The notes under the pieces were generated by a model that had not been told where the DNA came from, made no database searches, and saw only the letters and a list, made by a program, of their open reading frames with translations. Below are positions 35,788 through 45,212 of a stretch of 64,000 nt of DNA, one piece after another (position 1 is the first letter of the stretch; each line of letters begins with the position of its first letter). The translations under genes were made by a program, and so were the position numbers. The stretch comes from Candidatus Nanoarchaeia archaeon (GTDB taxonomy: Archaea > Nanobdellota > Nanobdellia > Woesearchaeales > JANQNE01), in assembly GCA_028279725.1 (NCBI GenBank), contig JANQNE010000011.1:25872-89871 (forward strand). The letters are read 5' to 3'.

Positions 35788-37227
35788 CTAAACATTAATT
35801 GATGTGTTTGATTTTCCGACCAATTCTTTGTATTTTTCCAGAACTGGTTTGACTTCTTTCTGGATGAATTCTTCTGTCTGTTCTTTTGCTGCTCCTGTGA
35901 ACCTTACTGGGTTGTCTAATAGTGAGTTTAGGTAGTTTTCATCTACTGGTATTGACTGGTCTTCTGCTAATCTTTTGAATAAGTCATTCGGTTTTCCTTC
36001 TAGTTTTACTGATTTTGCTGCATCTACTGAATGTTTCTTTATTATTTCGTGCATCTCTTGTCTGTCATGTCCTTGTTTTGCCAATTCCATCAGTATAACT
36101 TCTGTTGACATGAACGGCAGTTCTGCATCAAGATGTTTTTTGATCTGAGCTGGATAGACAACCATGCCGTCTGTTATGTTTTGATATAGTTTTAAGATTG
36201 CGTTTGCTAGAAGGAAAGACTGAGGTATACTGATCCTTCTTATGGATGAATCATCTAGTGTTCTTTCAAACCACTGGTTAGCGTGAATATGTGAGAAATC
36301 TATTTGAAGATTGATGAGTTTTCTTGCCAATGCAGTCATACGTTCAGAACGCATTGGGTTCCTTTTGTATGCCATAGCTGAAGATCCTGTCTGTGATTTT
36401 GCAAATGGCTCTTCCATTATCTTAAGATTTGACATAAGTCTCATGTCAACTGCGAATTTATGCGCTGATTCTGCGATTCCTGACAGAATTTTTGCAACTA
36501 TAGTGTCGAATTTTCTTGTGTAAGTCTGTCCTGTAGTTGGATATGATTCTTCAAAACCTAATTTTTTGCTTACTAAGCTGTCTAATTGCTTAACTTTTTC
36601 ATAATTGTCGTTGAAAAGTTCTGTGTATGATGCCTGAGTTCCTACTGTTCCTTTTGCTCCTCTTGCTTTTAATTCTATCTGTTCTAATTGTTTTAGGTCT
36701 AGTAAAAGATCTTGAATGTAAAGTGTGATTCTTTTTCCTATGGTTGTCGGCTGTGCTGGCTGGTAATGTGTGTATCCTAGTGTTGCTAATGATTTGTTTT
36801 CTTCAGCAAATTTGGATAAGTTGTTTATTGTGTTTATTAATCCTGCTTTTATGATCTTCAGTGCTTCTCTTATTTGGATTAGATCTGTGTTGCAGCAGAC
36901 GAACTGAGAAGTTGCTCCTAAATGGATTATTCCTTTTGCTTTTGGGCAGTGTGTTCCGTATTCAAACACATGAGCCATGACGTCGTGTCTGATTTCTTTT
37001 TCTTTTTCTTTTGCGATGTCATAGTTGATTGTGTTCTGAGCAGCTTTTAGCTCTTCGATCATCTCTGGAGTGATCTGGGAGAGTCCTAGTTCCATCTGAG
37101 ATTCAGCTAAAGCTATCCAGCACTTTCTCCATGTTGAGAACTTGAAATTATCTGAGAATATCTGCTGCATCTCTTTGTCAGTATATCTTCCTACTAACGG
37201 ATCCTGGTAAACTTCGTGATTGCTCAT
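35788..37227 (-). CDS. purB: adenylosuccinate lyase
   Basis: GATSQFV, TGSSAMAYKRNPMRSE (fumarate-lyase signature). 479 aa. Confidence 0.9.
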   Translation of the reverse strand: MSNHEVYQDPLVGRYTDKEMQQIFSDNFKFSTWRKCWIALAESQMELGLSQITPEMIEELKAAQNTINYDIAKEKEKEIRHDVMAHVFEYGTHCPKAKGIIHLGATSQFVCCNTDLIQIREALKIIKAGLINTINNLSKFAEENKSLATLGYTHYQPAQPTTIGKRITLYIQDLLLDLKQLEQIELKARGAKGTVGTQASYTELFNDNYEKVKQLDSLVSKKLGFEESYPTTGQTYTRKFDTIVAKILSGIAESAHKFAVDMRLMSNLKIMEEPFAKSQTGSSAMAYKRNPMRSERMTALARKLINLQIDFSHIHANQWFERTLDDSSIRRISIPQSFLLANAILKLYQNITDGMVVYPAQIKKHLDAELPFMSTEVILMELAKQGHDRQEMHEIIKKHSVDAAKSVKLEGKPNDLFKRLAEDQSIPVDENYLNSLLDNPVRFTGAAKEQTEEFIQKEVKPVLEKYKELVGKSNTSINV

Positions 37228-37287
37228 TTTACCCCCTATGTCTGAAGAGTAGATGGTTGATATTTAAATGTTTTGAGAAAAATAAGG

Positions 37288-38244
37288 CTATGACACCTTA
37301 AATCTATTCTTAGTAATAGAAGTTATGTCTTCTCCAACTGCCTTATTTACAATATCTCTTAGAAAGTTTATTGACTCATCTTCCCCAATATCTTTTAATT
37401 CATTTAATATGACTCTAATCTTATTTTTTCCATATGTTTCTTCAATATATTTCCAAAAACAATATCCTGTGTAATACCAGTAAATACGTGGATTTTCAGG
37501 AGCTTTTGATAAATCTGAATAATCATGTACTCTTTTTATTTGAGGATCCCCAAAGTCTGATCCATACCACCCATCACTTCTACACTCAATTCCTATGGCT
37601 CTTCTTTCCTGCTCATCTATATAAGTTGCTATCCCTTCGTTCGCCCACCCAGGAATAATGGTATCTGAAACAAATACATGGGTCATTTCATGTAAGTTTA
37701 AACAAACTTGTTCTTCATAGATTTTCTCTTTAAAATAACCCTCATTATCAACTCGTCTTTTATAAGCTTCCATATTAAGAAAAGTCGTTACCCCACTAGA
37801 TGTAGCTCCTGAGAATGTGTTCTCATCATCTCCGACCAAAACTAGATAATAAATAAATTCAGACTTTGTAGAATTGGGCAAATCAATTCCTAATTCTTTC
37901 TTCAGGAATTTGATACAAGTTAAAGAATCTTGCAAATAATCTTCAGCTAACCACTTACCAAATTCCTTGTTGTAAACTATAGTTACATTCTCTCTAGAGA
38001 TTATATCTTCATCTTCACCAGGAACCCCTTCGCAATCTATATAACATCTTTGCCAAGTCTCTTTACCATTGCATATTCCATCACCACAAAAAGGAGGTCT
38101 TTCTTCTTTGACTTTCTCATACTCATTAATAACAGCTGGTGCTTCTTCCTCAATAATTATGATGGGGGTGTCTTTCTCCTTAGTTTCCTGATAAGCACAA
38201 CCAGTAATCAATAAAACAAAAACTATGAAAACGACTTTTATCAT
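37288..38244 (-). CDS. secreted lipoprotein, putative zinc metallopeptidase
   Basis: Lipobox LLITGC, the Cys module CGDGICNGKETWQRCYIDCEG and HExxH as LHEMTHVF. Confidence 0.6.
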   Translation of the reverse strand: MIKVVFIVFVLLITGCAYQETKEKDTPIIIIEEEAPAVINEYEKVKEERPPFCGDGICNGKETWQRCYIDCEGVPGEDEDIISRENVTIVYNKEFGKWLAEDYLQDSLTCIKFLKKELGIDLPNSTKSEFIYYLVLVGDDENTFSGATSSGVTTFLNMEAYKRRVDNEGYFKEKIYEEQVCLNLHEMTHVFVSDTIIPGWANEGIATYIDEQERRAIGIECRSDGWYGSDFGDPQIKRVHDYSDLSKAPENPRIYWYYTGYCFWKYIEETYGKNKIRVILNELKDIGEDESINFLRDIVNKAVGEDITSITKNRFKVS

Positions 38245-38317
38245 AGAGGTGGTAAAACAACTACATTATTTATATTTTTTGATAAAAAAATGAAAAAATA
38301 AAAATAAAGAACTAAGC

Positions 38318-38755
38318 TTATTCCTGTTTTGGCTCTTCCTCTGCAGGTTCTTCTGCAACTTGCTCTTCAGCTGGAGCTTCTTCTTCACCGAAGTCTTCTG
38401 TGTCTTCTGGTGCAGGTTCGTCTGCAACTGGTTCTGGCTGAACCTCAGGTTCTGCTTGTGGAGCAGGAGCTGGTGAGTCTTCGATTGGTCCTTGTGCATC
38501 GCCGATCTTGTCTGCGAATCCAACTTTCTTAAGGACTCTAGTTACTTTTACTCTGCATTCTTCTCCTTCCTTTACGCCAGGAACAAAAAGAACAAATCCT
38601 TTTACCTTTGCTATACCGTCGCCTTTTTCTCCGACAGCCTCTATCCTTACATCTATCTCTTCATCTACTTTAACTGGAGCAAAACTTCTTCTTCCGCCGA
38701 AGCCTCCTCCGCCAAATCCGCCACGGCCTCTGCCGCCGCCTTCGCCATATGTCAT
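38318..38755 (-). CDS. TRAM (OB-fold) domain protein with an N-terminal RGG/Gly-Arg box and an acidic Pro/Glu-rich tail
   Basis: GGGRGRGGFGGGGFGGRR; TRAM core GDGIAKVKGFVLFVPGVKEGEECRVKVTRV; tail PAPAPQAEPEVQPEPVADEPAPE...EEEPKQE. Confidence 0.75.
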   Translation of the reverse strand: MTYGEGGGRGRGGFGGGGFGGRRSFAPVKVDEEIDVRIEAVGEKGDGIAKVKGFVLFVPGVKEGEECRVKVTRVLKKVGFADKIGDAQGPIEDSPAPAPQAEPEVQPEPVADEPAPEDTEDFGEEEAPAEEQVAEEPAEEEPKQE

Positions 38756-38885
38756 ATTTATTTCACCTATGTACTTTATCTAAATCTTGCAGCGAGCTGC
38801 AATAACCTGCTATTTAAGAAGTTAGTATTTAAATATTGCGGAAAAAGTGCGTAGATTTATATAGGGAGCGCTTTTCTGGGATTTG

Positions 38886-40670
38886 ATGGCAAAATCTAAA
38901 AATATACTGTTTGTTTATCCAAAAACTCCTGAAACTACATACTGGAGCTATGAATATGCTATGCCATTCATAGATAAGAAAGCCACTATTTCTCCTTTAG
39001 GACCAATAACTGTTGCAGCTATGCTTCCAAAAGAGTATTCTGTCAAGCTTATCGATATGAATATTGAGGACCTTAAGGATGAAGATATAAAGAAGGCAGA
39101 TGCTGTCTTCACTTCAACTATGGTTGTTCAGAAGGATTCACTGGAAGAAGTTGTCAATCAGGTAAGAAGATTTGAAAAACCGATTGTTGCAGGAGGGCCT
39201 TTTCCCACACAATTCTATGATAAGATAGAAGGTATTGACCATTTTGTATTAGGGGAAGCGGAATCAGGAGCACTTGATGCTTTTATAAGAGATTTTGAGA
39301 ACGGCAATGCCAAGAAAGCGTATGCCAGGTTTGCTTTTAGAAAAAAAGGTGATGAAAAGGAGGCAGATGAAAGAGAATTTGAAGCACTGAAGAAATTTTT
39401 TGGAGAGAATTCAGATATACAAAAAGTAAGTTCAAGACCAGATATATCAAACAATCCTGTTCCCAGATTTGATCTTCTTAAAATGGATGAGTATGTCTCT
39501 ATTGCGATACAGTATTCCAGAGGATGTCCACATAGCTGTGATTTTTGCAGCGAATCTACATTATATGGTCATAAGATGAGATTAAAAGGATCAAAGAAGA
39601 TAATAAGTGAACTGAAAAAGATATATGATCTGGGATTTAGGGGATCTATATTTGTTGTAGATGATGATTTTATAGGCAATAAAAAACAGGTCAAGGAAGA
39701 TCTTGTAGATATAAAAAAGTTTCAGGAAGACAGAAGATATCCTTTTCCACTTTATACTGAAGCGACCATACTGCTTGCCAAAGATAAAGAACTGATGAGA
39801 AGGATGAGAGATGCTGGCTTCAATATGGTGTTTGTGGGTATAGAAACTCCGGATAAGGAAGTGTTGAAAGACATGGGCAAATCCCAGAATGTTAAGTCTG
39901 ATCTTCTGGAAGATGTTAAGGCTATCCAAAGATATGGTATGGAGGTCAGCGGAGGTTTTATCGTAGGAAATGATAATGATCCTCCTGACATATGTGATAA
40001 GGTCTTTGAGTTCTGTCAGGAAGCAGGGATCCCTACTGCAATGGTCGGATTATTAACTGCATTTAAGGGTTCTCCCCTATTGGACAGGCTGAAAGCAGAA
40101 GGAAGATTACGGAAGGATTCTGAAGGTGATAATACTCATTCTTTTGAACTTAATTTTAAGCCAGTTGAAGGAAAAAATGAAGCAAAGATAATCGGTGATT
40201 ACAAGACTCTTCTGAATAAACTTTATGACAGAACCGGGAAGAACTATTATGCAAGATGTTCTACATTATTAAATAACCTGGGATATAATCCAAAAGGTGC
40301 AAGAGATGTTAATGCCAATGAATTAAGGGCCCTTTTTAGATCAGCCAGAAGAAGTATGTTCAACCCAAACTATTCTAAGTTCATGGCTCATGCTCTTGTA
40401 AGGCATACAAGTGTTTTTCCTGAAGCTGTCAGGATGGCAATAATGGGATATCATCTAAGAAAGATCACTAAACTTTCCTTAAAGGCTGATGAGATAAGCG
40501 GAGTTCTAAAGATGTATGATAATATTGTTCATGAAGGCGGAGAGGTTATAGATTCTATAGGTAAAGTTTTATCTAAGATGAAAAGGAAGATTCAAAGGCT
40601 CCCTGAAGCTTACAGATCAAAGCCTAATGAAATTTACGGAAGAATAATGGAAAAAAATTCAAAAAGATAG
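38886..40670 (+). CDS. B12-binding-domain radical SAM protein
   Basis: N-terminal Rossmann-like B12 domain (ILFVYPK...). Radical SAM SRGCPHSCDFCSE (CxxxCxxC). ATG at 38886 preferred over the TTG at 38883. Confidence 0.75.
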   Translation: MAKSKNILFVYPKTPETTYWSYEYAMPFIDKKATISPLGPITVAAMLPKEYSVKLIDMNIEDLKDEDIKKADAVFTSTMVVQKDSLEEVVNQVRRFEKPIVAGGPFPTQFYDKIEGIDHFVLGEAESGALDAFIRDFENGNAKKAYARFAFRKKGDEKEADEREFEALKKFFGENSDIQKVSSRPDISNNPVPRFDLLKMDEYVSIAIQYSRGCPHSCDFCSESTLYGHKMRLKGSKKIISELKKIYDLGFRGSIFVVDDDFIGNKKQVKEDLVDIKKFQEDRRYPFPLYTEATILLAKDKELMRRMRDAGFNMVFVGIETPDKEVLKDMGKSQNVKSDLLEDVKAIQRYGMEVSGGFIVGNDNDPPDICDKVFEFCQEAGIPTAMVGLLTAFKGSPLLDRLKAEGRLRKDSEGDNTHSFELNFKPVEGKNEAKIIGDYKTLLNKLYDRTGKNYYARCSTLLNNLGYNPKGARDVNANELRALFRSARRSMFNPNYSKFMAHALVRHTSVFPEAVRMAIMGYHLRKITKLSLKADEISGVLKMYDNIVHEGGEVIDSIGKVLSKMKRKIQRLPEAYRSKPNEIYGRIMEKNSKR

Positions 40671-40702
40671 TTTTATATACAACCTGCTTACTAATTTTTG
40701 TC

Positions 40703-41737
40703 ATGGAAAAGAGGGATAAGCTGAGGAAATTAGTCGAGGGGAAGAAGGTTTTTCTTGCAACACACTGGGATGCTGATGGTGTTACATCTGGAGCGTTAGT
40801 GTATCATCTGATAAAGCCATTTGCAAAAGAGATCGAAACTGTCTCTAAAGGAGAGACTTTTTTGGTGAACAAAGAAGATGTTAAAGGAGATCCTGATGTT
40901 ATAATCTGTACAGATATAAAGCCTGGAGATATAGACCATAAGAAGACGATATATATCGATCATCACCCATGGGATAAAGATGGAGTTGAGGAGAACGAAT
41001 ATCTTTATTGCATCTTTGACAAAGATATGCAGTCATGCTCTTTGCTGATATGGCATGAGCTATTGCAGGACACTACAAATCCATATTACATTTTTCTGAC
41101 ATTAGTCGGTTATTTTGGAGATGGAGGAAACAGAGAAGAGATCCCTGTTGAGCTGCAGATGCTGGCTGATAAATATCTTAAGCATCAGACAAGTGTAGGT
41201 GTTCATGATCTAATGGAGAAGAAAAATTCAAGATTCAGTGAAGGCTATTATTATGAGATAGAAAGATATGTATCTGCACTAAATACAGGAAAGAGGATGC
41301 ACTGGAGCGGAGATATTCCGTTTGAGCTTCTGAAAAATATCAGCAGCTATAAGCCATATATCTATAAGATGCATCCGATAGCTCAGCAGCTTAATGATTA
41401 CAGATATCAATTAAGAAATCATTATGATATGCAGATAAAACTCTTTGATAAGAAGAAGATACAGTATGCGATGATAGAGTCTGATAAAAATATACAAGGA
41501 GTTCTTTGTGCAAGATATCTCAAAGATAAGCCGATAATTGTCCTGAACAAAAGGAATGGAAGTATCATAGCTAGCATGAGAGTTCCTGATGATGTTGAAT
41601 TTGATGCTGGAGAATTTCTTGGACAGCTTAACGGAAAGATACCTTCTTTAGTTGGAGGAGGTCATGAGAAGGCTGCTGGTGTCACATTAAAAGAAGAAGA
41701 TCTGGATAAATTCTTGGATTTTTTAGATAATAGCTGA
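40703..41737 (+). CDS. DHH/DHHA1 family phosphoesterase (NrnA/RecJ-like)
   Basis: THWDADGVTSG, YIDHHPWD (DHH motif), GGGHEKAAGV (DHHA1 GGGH). Confidence 0.7.
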   Translation: MEKRDKLRKLVEGKKVFLATHWDADGVTSGALVYHLIKPFAKEIETVSKGETFLVNKEDVKGDPDVIICTDIKPGDIDHKKTIYIDHHPWDKDGVEENEYLYCIFDKDMQSCSLLIWHELLQDTTNPYYIFLTLVGYFGDGGNREEIPVELQMLADKYLKHQTSVGVHDLMEKKNSRFSEGYYYEIERYVSALNTGKRMHWSGDIPFELLKNISSYKPYIYKMHPIAQQLNDYRYQLRNHYDMQIKLFDKKKIQYAMIESDKNIQGVLCARYLKDKPIIVLNKRNGSIIASMRVPDDVEFDAGEFLGQLNGKIPSLVGGGHEKAAGVTLKEEDLDKFLDFLDNS

Positions 41738-41909
41738 TCAAGATATTGGGTTAATCATTTCTAAGTATACAACATATTGTATTATGCAATTCTGGATTTT
41801 ATATAAATTATATATAAACTACTCAGGAGTAGCAATAAAAACGAAACTTTTATAAATGGTTGGAGCCTTATAGAGCTTGATTTAGCTAGTTTGGGGTATA
41901 AACTGAAAA

Positions 41910-44900
41910 ATGAAGGATTTAAGCAGATATCTAGATAAATTTAGAGGCGATTCTGTTAGGTTAGATAGACCTAGCCTTGATGATGATATCCGGACTATAG
42001 TATTCAATTATGAGCCTTTTGTTCTTGATTGGAAAAATTTTAGGAAACTGGAAAGAGATACTGAAAGAGAAGCAGAAGAAGTCTATAAGCAAAGAGCTCT
42101 GAATGGAGACACCTATACTGATATTGAAAAACAGTTTAAAGATGACCCAAAAGGAAGATATGATGCTACGAAAGATAGAGACTGGGTTGAAGGAAAGGTA
42201 AAAGCGTTCAGGCCGGAGATAAAAAGAGCTCTTGAGAGCAAATCAATAATAGGTATTAGACCTGACCAGGAAGATCTTGAGTCTATCTGTATGGATAGGA
42301 ACATCACTTTAGTTGGAAAAGAAGTTGTAGGTATTAATTCTGAATTTATGGTGGGAAATGACATCATACTTTTGGAGACCGAAGTATATGAAAAGGTCTG
42401 TGAGAGGCTAAAAGAAAGCGATGATAAATCAAAAGAGAATGCAGTAGCTACAATCAAGGAAGTTATTGAAGAAGAACTTACTAAAGAGAAACCAAAACTG
42501 CTGATAGTTGATAATGAAATGGGAGAAAGATTGAGGATGACTGAAATAGCTCTAAAATGCGGGTTTAGCACTCGAATAGCTGAAAATCCAGAACAGGCAT
42601 TTCAGATGCTTGAAAAAGAAAAAGACATTGGTACGATAATAACAGGTGATATATTTCCTGGAACTAATGGGCTTGATTTCATAATGGAGCTTAGAAAGAG
42701 AGGAGGAGAACAGCATGCAATACTTGTATCAGATGAGCAGTTCATAGAAAAGGAATATGAAGGAAAAAACCATAAAGAACTGCTTCAGGCAAATGTGAGA
42801 GTTATTGAGAAAGGAGGAAATACAGATCCAGAGATAAGAAGTGAATTTCTTAATGCTAAAGGTAAGATGGATCTTATGGCTGAGAAGACAGATGTACGTA
42901 TAGAGGAGAAAGATTCAAAGATACCAACCTTTGCAGATTTTGAGAATAAGATAAGAGATTACAACAGCAATTCTGGAAAGCTTATAATGCTTGATTCGAA
43001 TGATATCAATGAAGTTATTACATCATTCAAGAGCAAGTTTAAAACACCCGAAGATTATATCACACTTTCAACTTTGAATAATGAAGATATGAAATACATA
43101 TTGACTGTTCCACGTATACTTAAGATTGAAGAGAATGGTGTGGAAGATAAAGCTATCGACCATATGATGGATGTTTTGGATCCTGAGGAAAGAAATCTAG
43201 GAAATGTTCTTGGAAAATTCTATGAAAAGATAAAAGAAGGATGGACTGGAGAAGATGTACAGGAGCTGCTTCGTTCAATCCTACGAAAAGAAGATGTAGG
43301 AGAATCTATCAAGAGTATTTACAGAAATAGAAAGGGTATGGATGATGAAGTAGTCATTGAAAGGAATATGAGAGAAGGTTCTGATTTTAGAACTTCTATA
43401 TTTTTCAGCTATAAGAATGCAGGAAGAGTGGCTGAAAGATACAATCATTATAGTGAGGATAAAAGGATAAAGTATAATCTTGGAATTACAACAGAAAGAG
43501 TAAGCTGGGTTGCAAAGAACAATGCACTGCTTGCCAGGTATCTTGAGATGTTTGGTGCTGCAAAAGGGAAAGTTGAACATGACAGTCTTGTCAATATAAT
43601 AAATCAGGACAGAAAGGATGATGTTGTGAGCATCAAGGAATCAAAGATTACAGTAGATTCAAAATATCATGTTTACGAAGTTACATCAACTTATGGAGAA
43701 AATGAAAAAAGACACAGCATAGTAAAATTCATAACTAATCCAGATTCATTTGAAAGGGAAGTCTATAACTATAATTATTTCAAGAGATTTGACGGAATAA
43801 ATGATGCGAATAGTCTGGTAACTACAACAGTGGAGGATGAAGAAGGAAACAAGAATTATGTTGTTGTACTTAATTTTAAGGAAGGAGTGGAGCCTAGACA
43901 GAATCTTATGACTACTTTTGAAAATATAAGAGAGAGTATCAAGACAGGAGGAGATGATGTTAAGAAAGAGCTTAATGATAAGGCAAATAAAGTAGGGATA
44001 CAGGCTATGTCTGATGTAGGAAGAGTACATGGTGTTGCTCCTGAACTAAAAGGAGATACATACACTTCATTCTATGGTGATTTTAAAAAATACCTTCATT
44101 TCAGGATAGGAGAGTTCCAAGATAATCTTACTGACCTTGTAAAACAGCTTGCTACTGAATTTAAAGATCATATACAAAAGAACTCATCAAGAGTTAAATC
44201 AAACTCTTATTCACTTGTTGAATATCTAGCAAGCATGGATACAACTTTCTATAAGGATACTGTAACAAAGAACATGACTCCTATGGGGGAGGAAGGAGGG
44301 AAGAACTCAGGCAGGTTTGCATCAGTTGATTATGGAGAAGTCAGAAAACTTCCACTGACTTTTGATGTTGCAAATGCAGTACATACTATGTACATACCTG
44401 ATATCAGGGTTGCTGAGGAAGATGGAACAATAGATCAGATGCTGATATCCTATCTTAGTGGATATTGTGAAGGAAGAACATCGTACAATAATGAAGTTAT
44501 GAAGAAGAAAAATGTAAAAAAATATCTTGTAGATAATCTTGAAAGGATGAGAAAAGGGACAGGAAATGAAAGTGTAAGGGAGAATCTATCTGATCTTCTT
44601 AAGATAATAAAGAAGGAAGAGCCAAAACATAAGAGCAGGAAAAAGAAGATGGCATTTTATAAGGATATCATGTCTGGATTTGCTGAGTCAAGCGGATCAG
44701 ATGAGTTAAAAAGAGTTGTAGCGAATGAGATCAAATATTTTGATGAAATAGAAGATAAACCTGACCCATATTTTGGGAAGCTTAAGATCAGGACAAGCAC
44801 TGCGAAAGGAAGAAGAAACAAAAGATATGAGATCATAAGCGATAAATTAAAAGGACCAAGAGATAGGTGGTCAACTAAATTGAATGATGCGTTCGAAAGA

Positions 44901-45212
44901 TTCAAAGCAGATTTCTATGTAAGTATGGCATACAGAGGACAGGTTATAGCAAATACTGTTCCAGTCTATATATTATCAGATCATAATATCAACAAGCAGA
45001 GGAGGGATTATTTTTCATCTGTTATGGGAAATACTACTCAAGCATTAGAGATACTTAGTGAGAAATATATCGGAAAAGAAAAAGGAATGTACTTAAGGAG
45101 AGAGCTAGATGGCGATAAGCTTAATGAAGTTAAGAATGCACTTTCAGATATCAGGAATATATTTGAAAAGATAGATCCGGGGGCTGTTAAGAATGCCGAA
45201 TACAAAGCTTGA
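41910..45212 (+). CDS. 1100-aa multidomain protein: unknown N-terminus, receiver (REC) domain, possible protein-kinase-like/APH-like domain, unknown C-terminus
   Basis: REC: KLLIVDNEMGER...IGTIITGDIFPGTNGLDFIMELRK...HAILVSD. Kinase-like: HSIVKFITNPDSFEREVYNY, VVVLNFKEG, FYKDTVTKN (HxDxxxxN-like), ASVDYGE (DFG-like). Confidence 0.6.
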   Translation: MKDLSRYLDKFRGDSVRLDRPSLDDDIRTIVFNYEPFVLDWKNFRKLERDTEREAEEVYKQRALNGDTYTDIEKQFKDDPKGRYDATKDRDWVEGKVKAFRPEIKRALESKSIIGIRPDQEDLESICMDRNITLVGKEVVGINSEFMVGNDIILLETEVYEKVCERLKESDDKSKENAVATIKEVIEEELTKEKPKLLIVDNEMGERLRMTEIALKCGFSTRIAENPEQAFQMLEKEKDIGTIITGDIFPGTNGLDFIMELRKRGGEQHAILVSDEQFIEKEYEGKNHKELLQANVRVIEKGGNTDPEIRSEFLNAKGKMDLMAEKTDVRIEEKDSKIPTFADFENKIRDYNSNSGKLIMLDSNDINEVITSFKSKFKTPEDYITLSTLNNEDMKYILTVPRILKIEENGVEDKAIDHMMDVLDPEERNLGNVLGKFYEKIKEGWTGEDVQELLRSILRKEDVGESIKSIYRNRKGMDDEVVIERNMREGSDFRTSIFFSYKNAGRVAERYNHYSEDKRIKYNLGITTERVSWVAKNNALLARYLEMFGAAKGKVEHDSLVNIINQDRKDDVVSIKESKITVDSKYHVYEVTSTYGENEKRHSIVKFITNPDSFEREVYNYNYFKRFDGINDANSLVTTTVEDEEGNKNYVVVLNFKEGVEPRQNLMTTFENIRESIKTGGDDVKKELNDKANKVGIQAMSDVGRVHGVAPELKGDTYTSFYGDFKKYLHFRIGEFQDNLTDLVKQLATEFKDHIQKNSSRVKSNSYSLVEYLASMDTTFYKDTVTKNMTPMGEEGGKNSGRFASVDYGEVRKLPLTFDVANAVHTMYIPDIRVAEEDGTIDQMLISYLSGYCEGRTSYNNEVMKKKNVKKYLVDNLERMRKGTGNESVRENLSDLLKIIKKEEPKHKSRKKKMAFYKDIMSGFAESSGSDELKRVVANEIKYFDEIEDKPDPYFGKLKIRTSTAKGRRNKRYEIISDKLKGPRDRWSTKLNDAFERFKADFYVSMAYRGQVIANTVPVYILSDHNINKQRRDYFSSVMGNTTQALEILSEKYIGKEKGMYLRRELDGDKLNEVKNALSDIRNIFEKIDPGAVKNAEYKA

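Noticed and set aside
35740-35790. Possible fourth, degenerate copy of the hairpin element (gtattctagaatgg resembles ctattctggaatgg of copy A).
   Set aside because: Only a ~13-nt match. It lacks the closing helix and the CAGATT..AGT and ACTTCGCTTG blocks, so chance similarity in AT-rich DNA is more likely.
38266-38854. Four overlapping track ORFs (38266..38523, 38329..38532, 38492..38854, 38508..38783) around the TRAM gene.
   Set aside because: They are products of the GC-richer low-complexity region encoding the RGG box and acidic tail. Only the 38318..38755 minus-strand frame gives a recognisable TRAM fold sequence.
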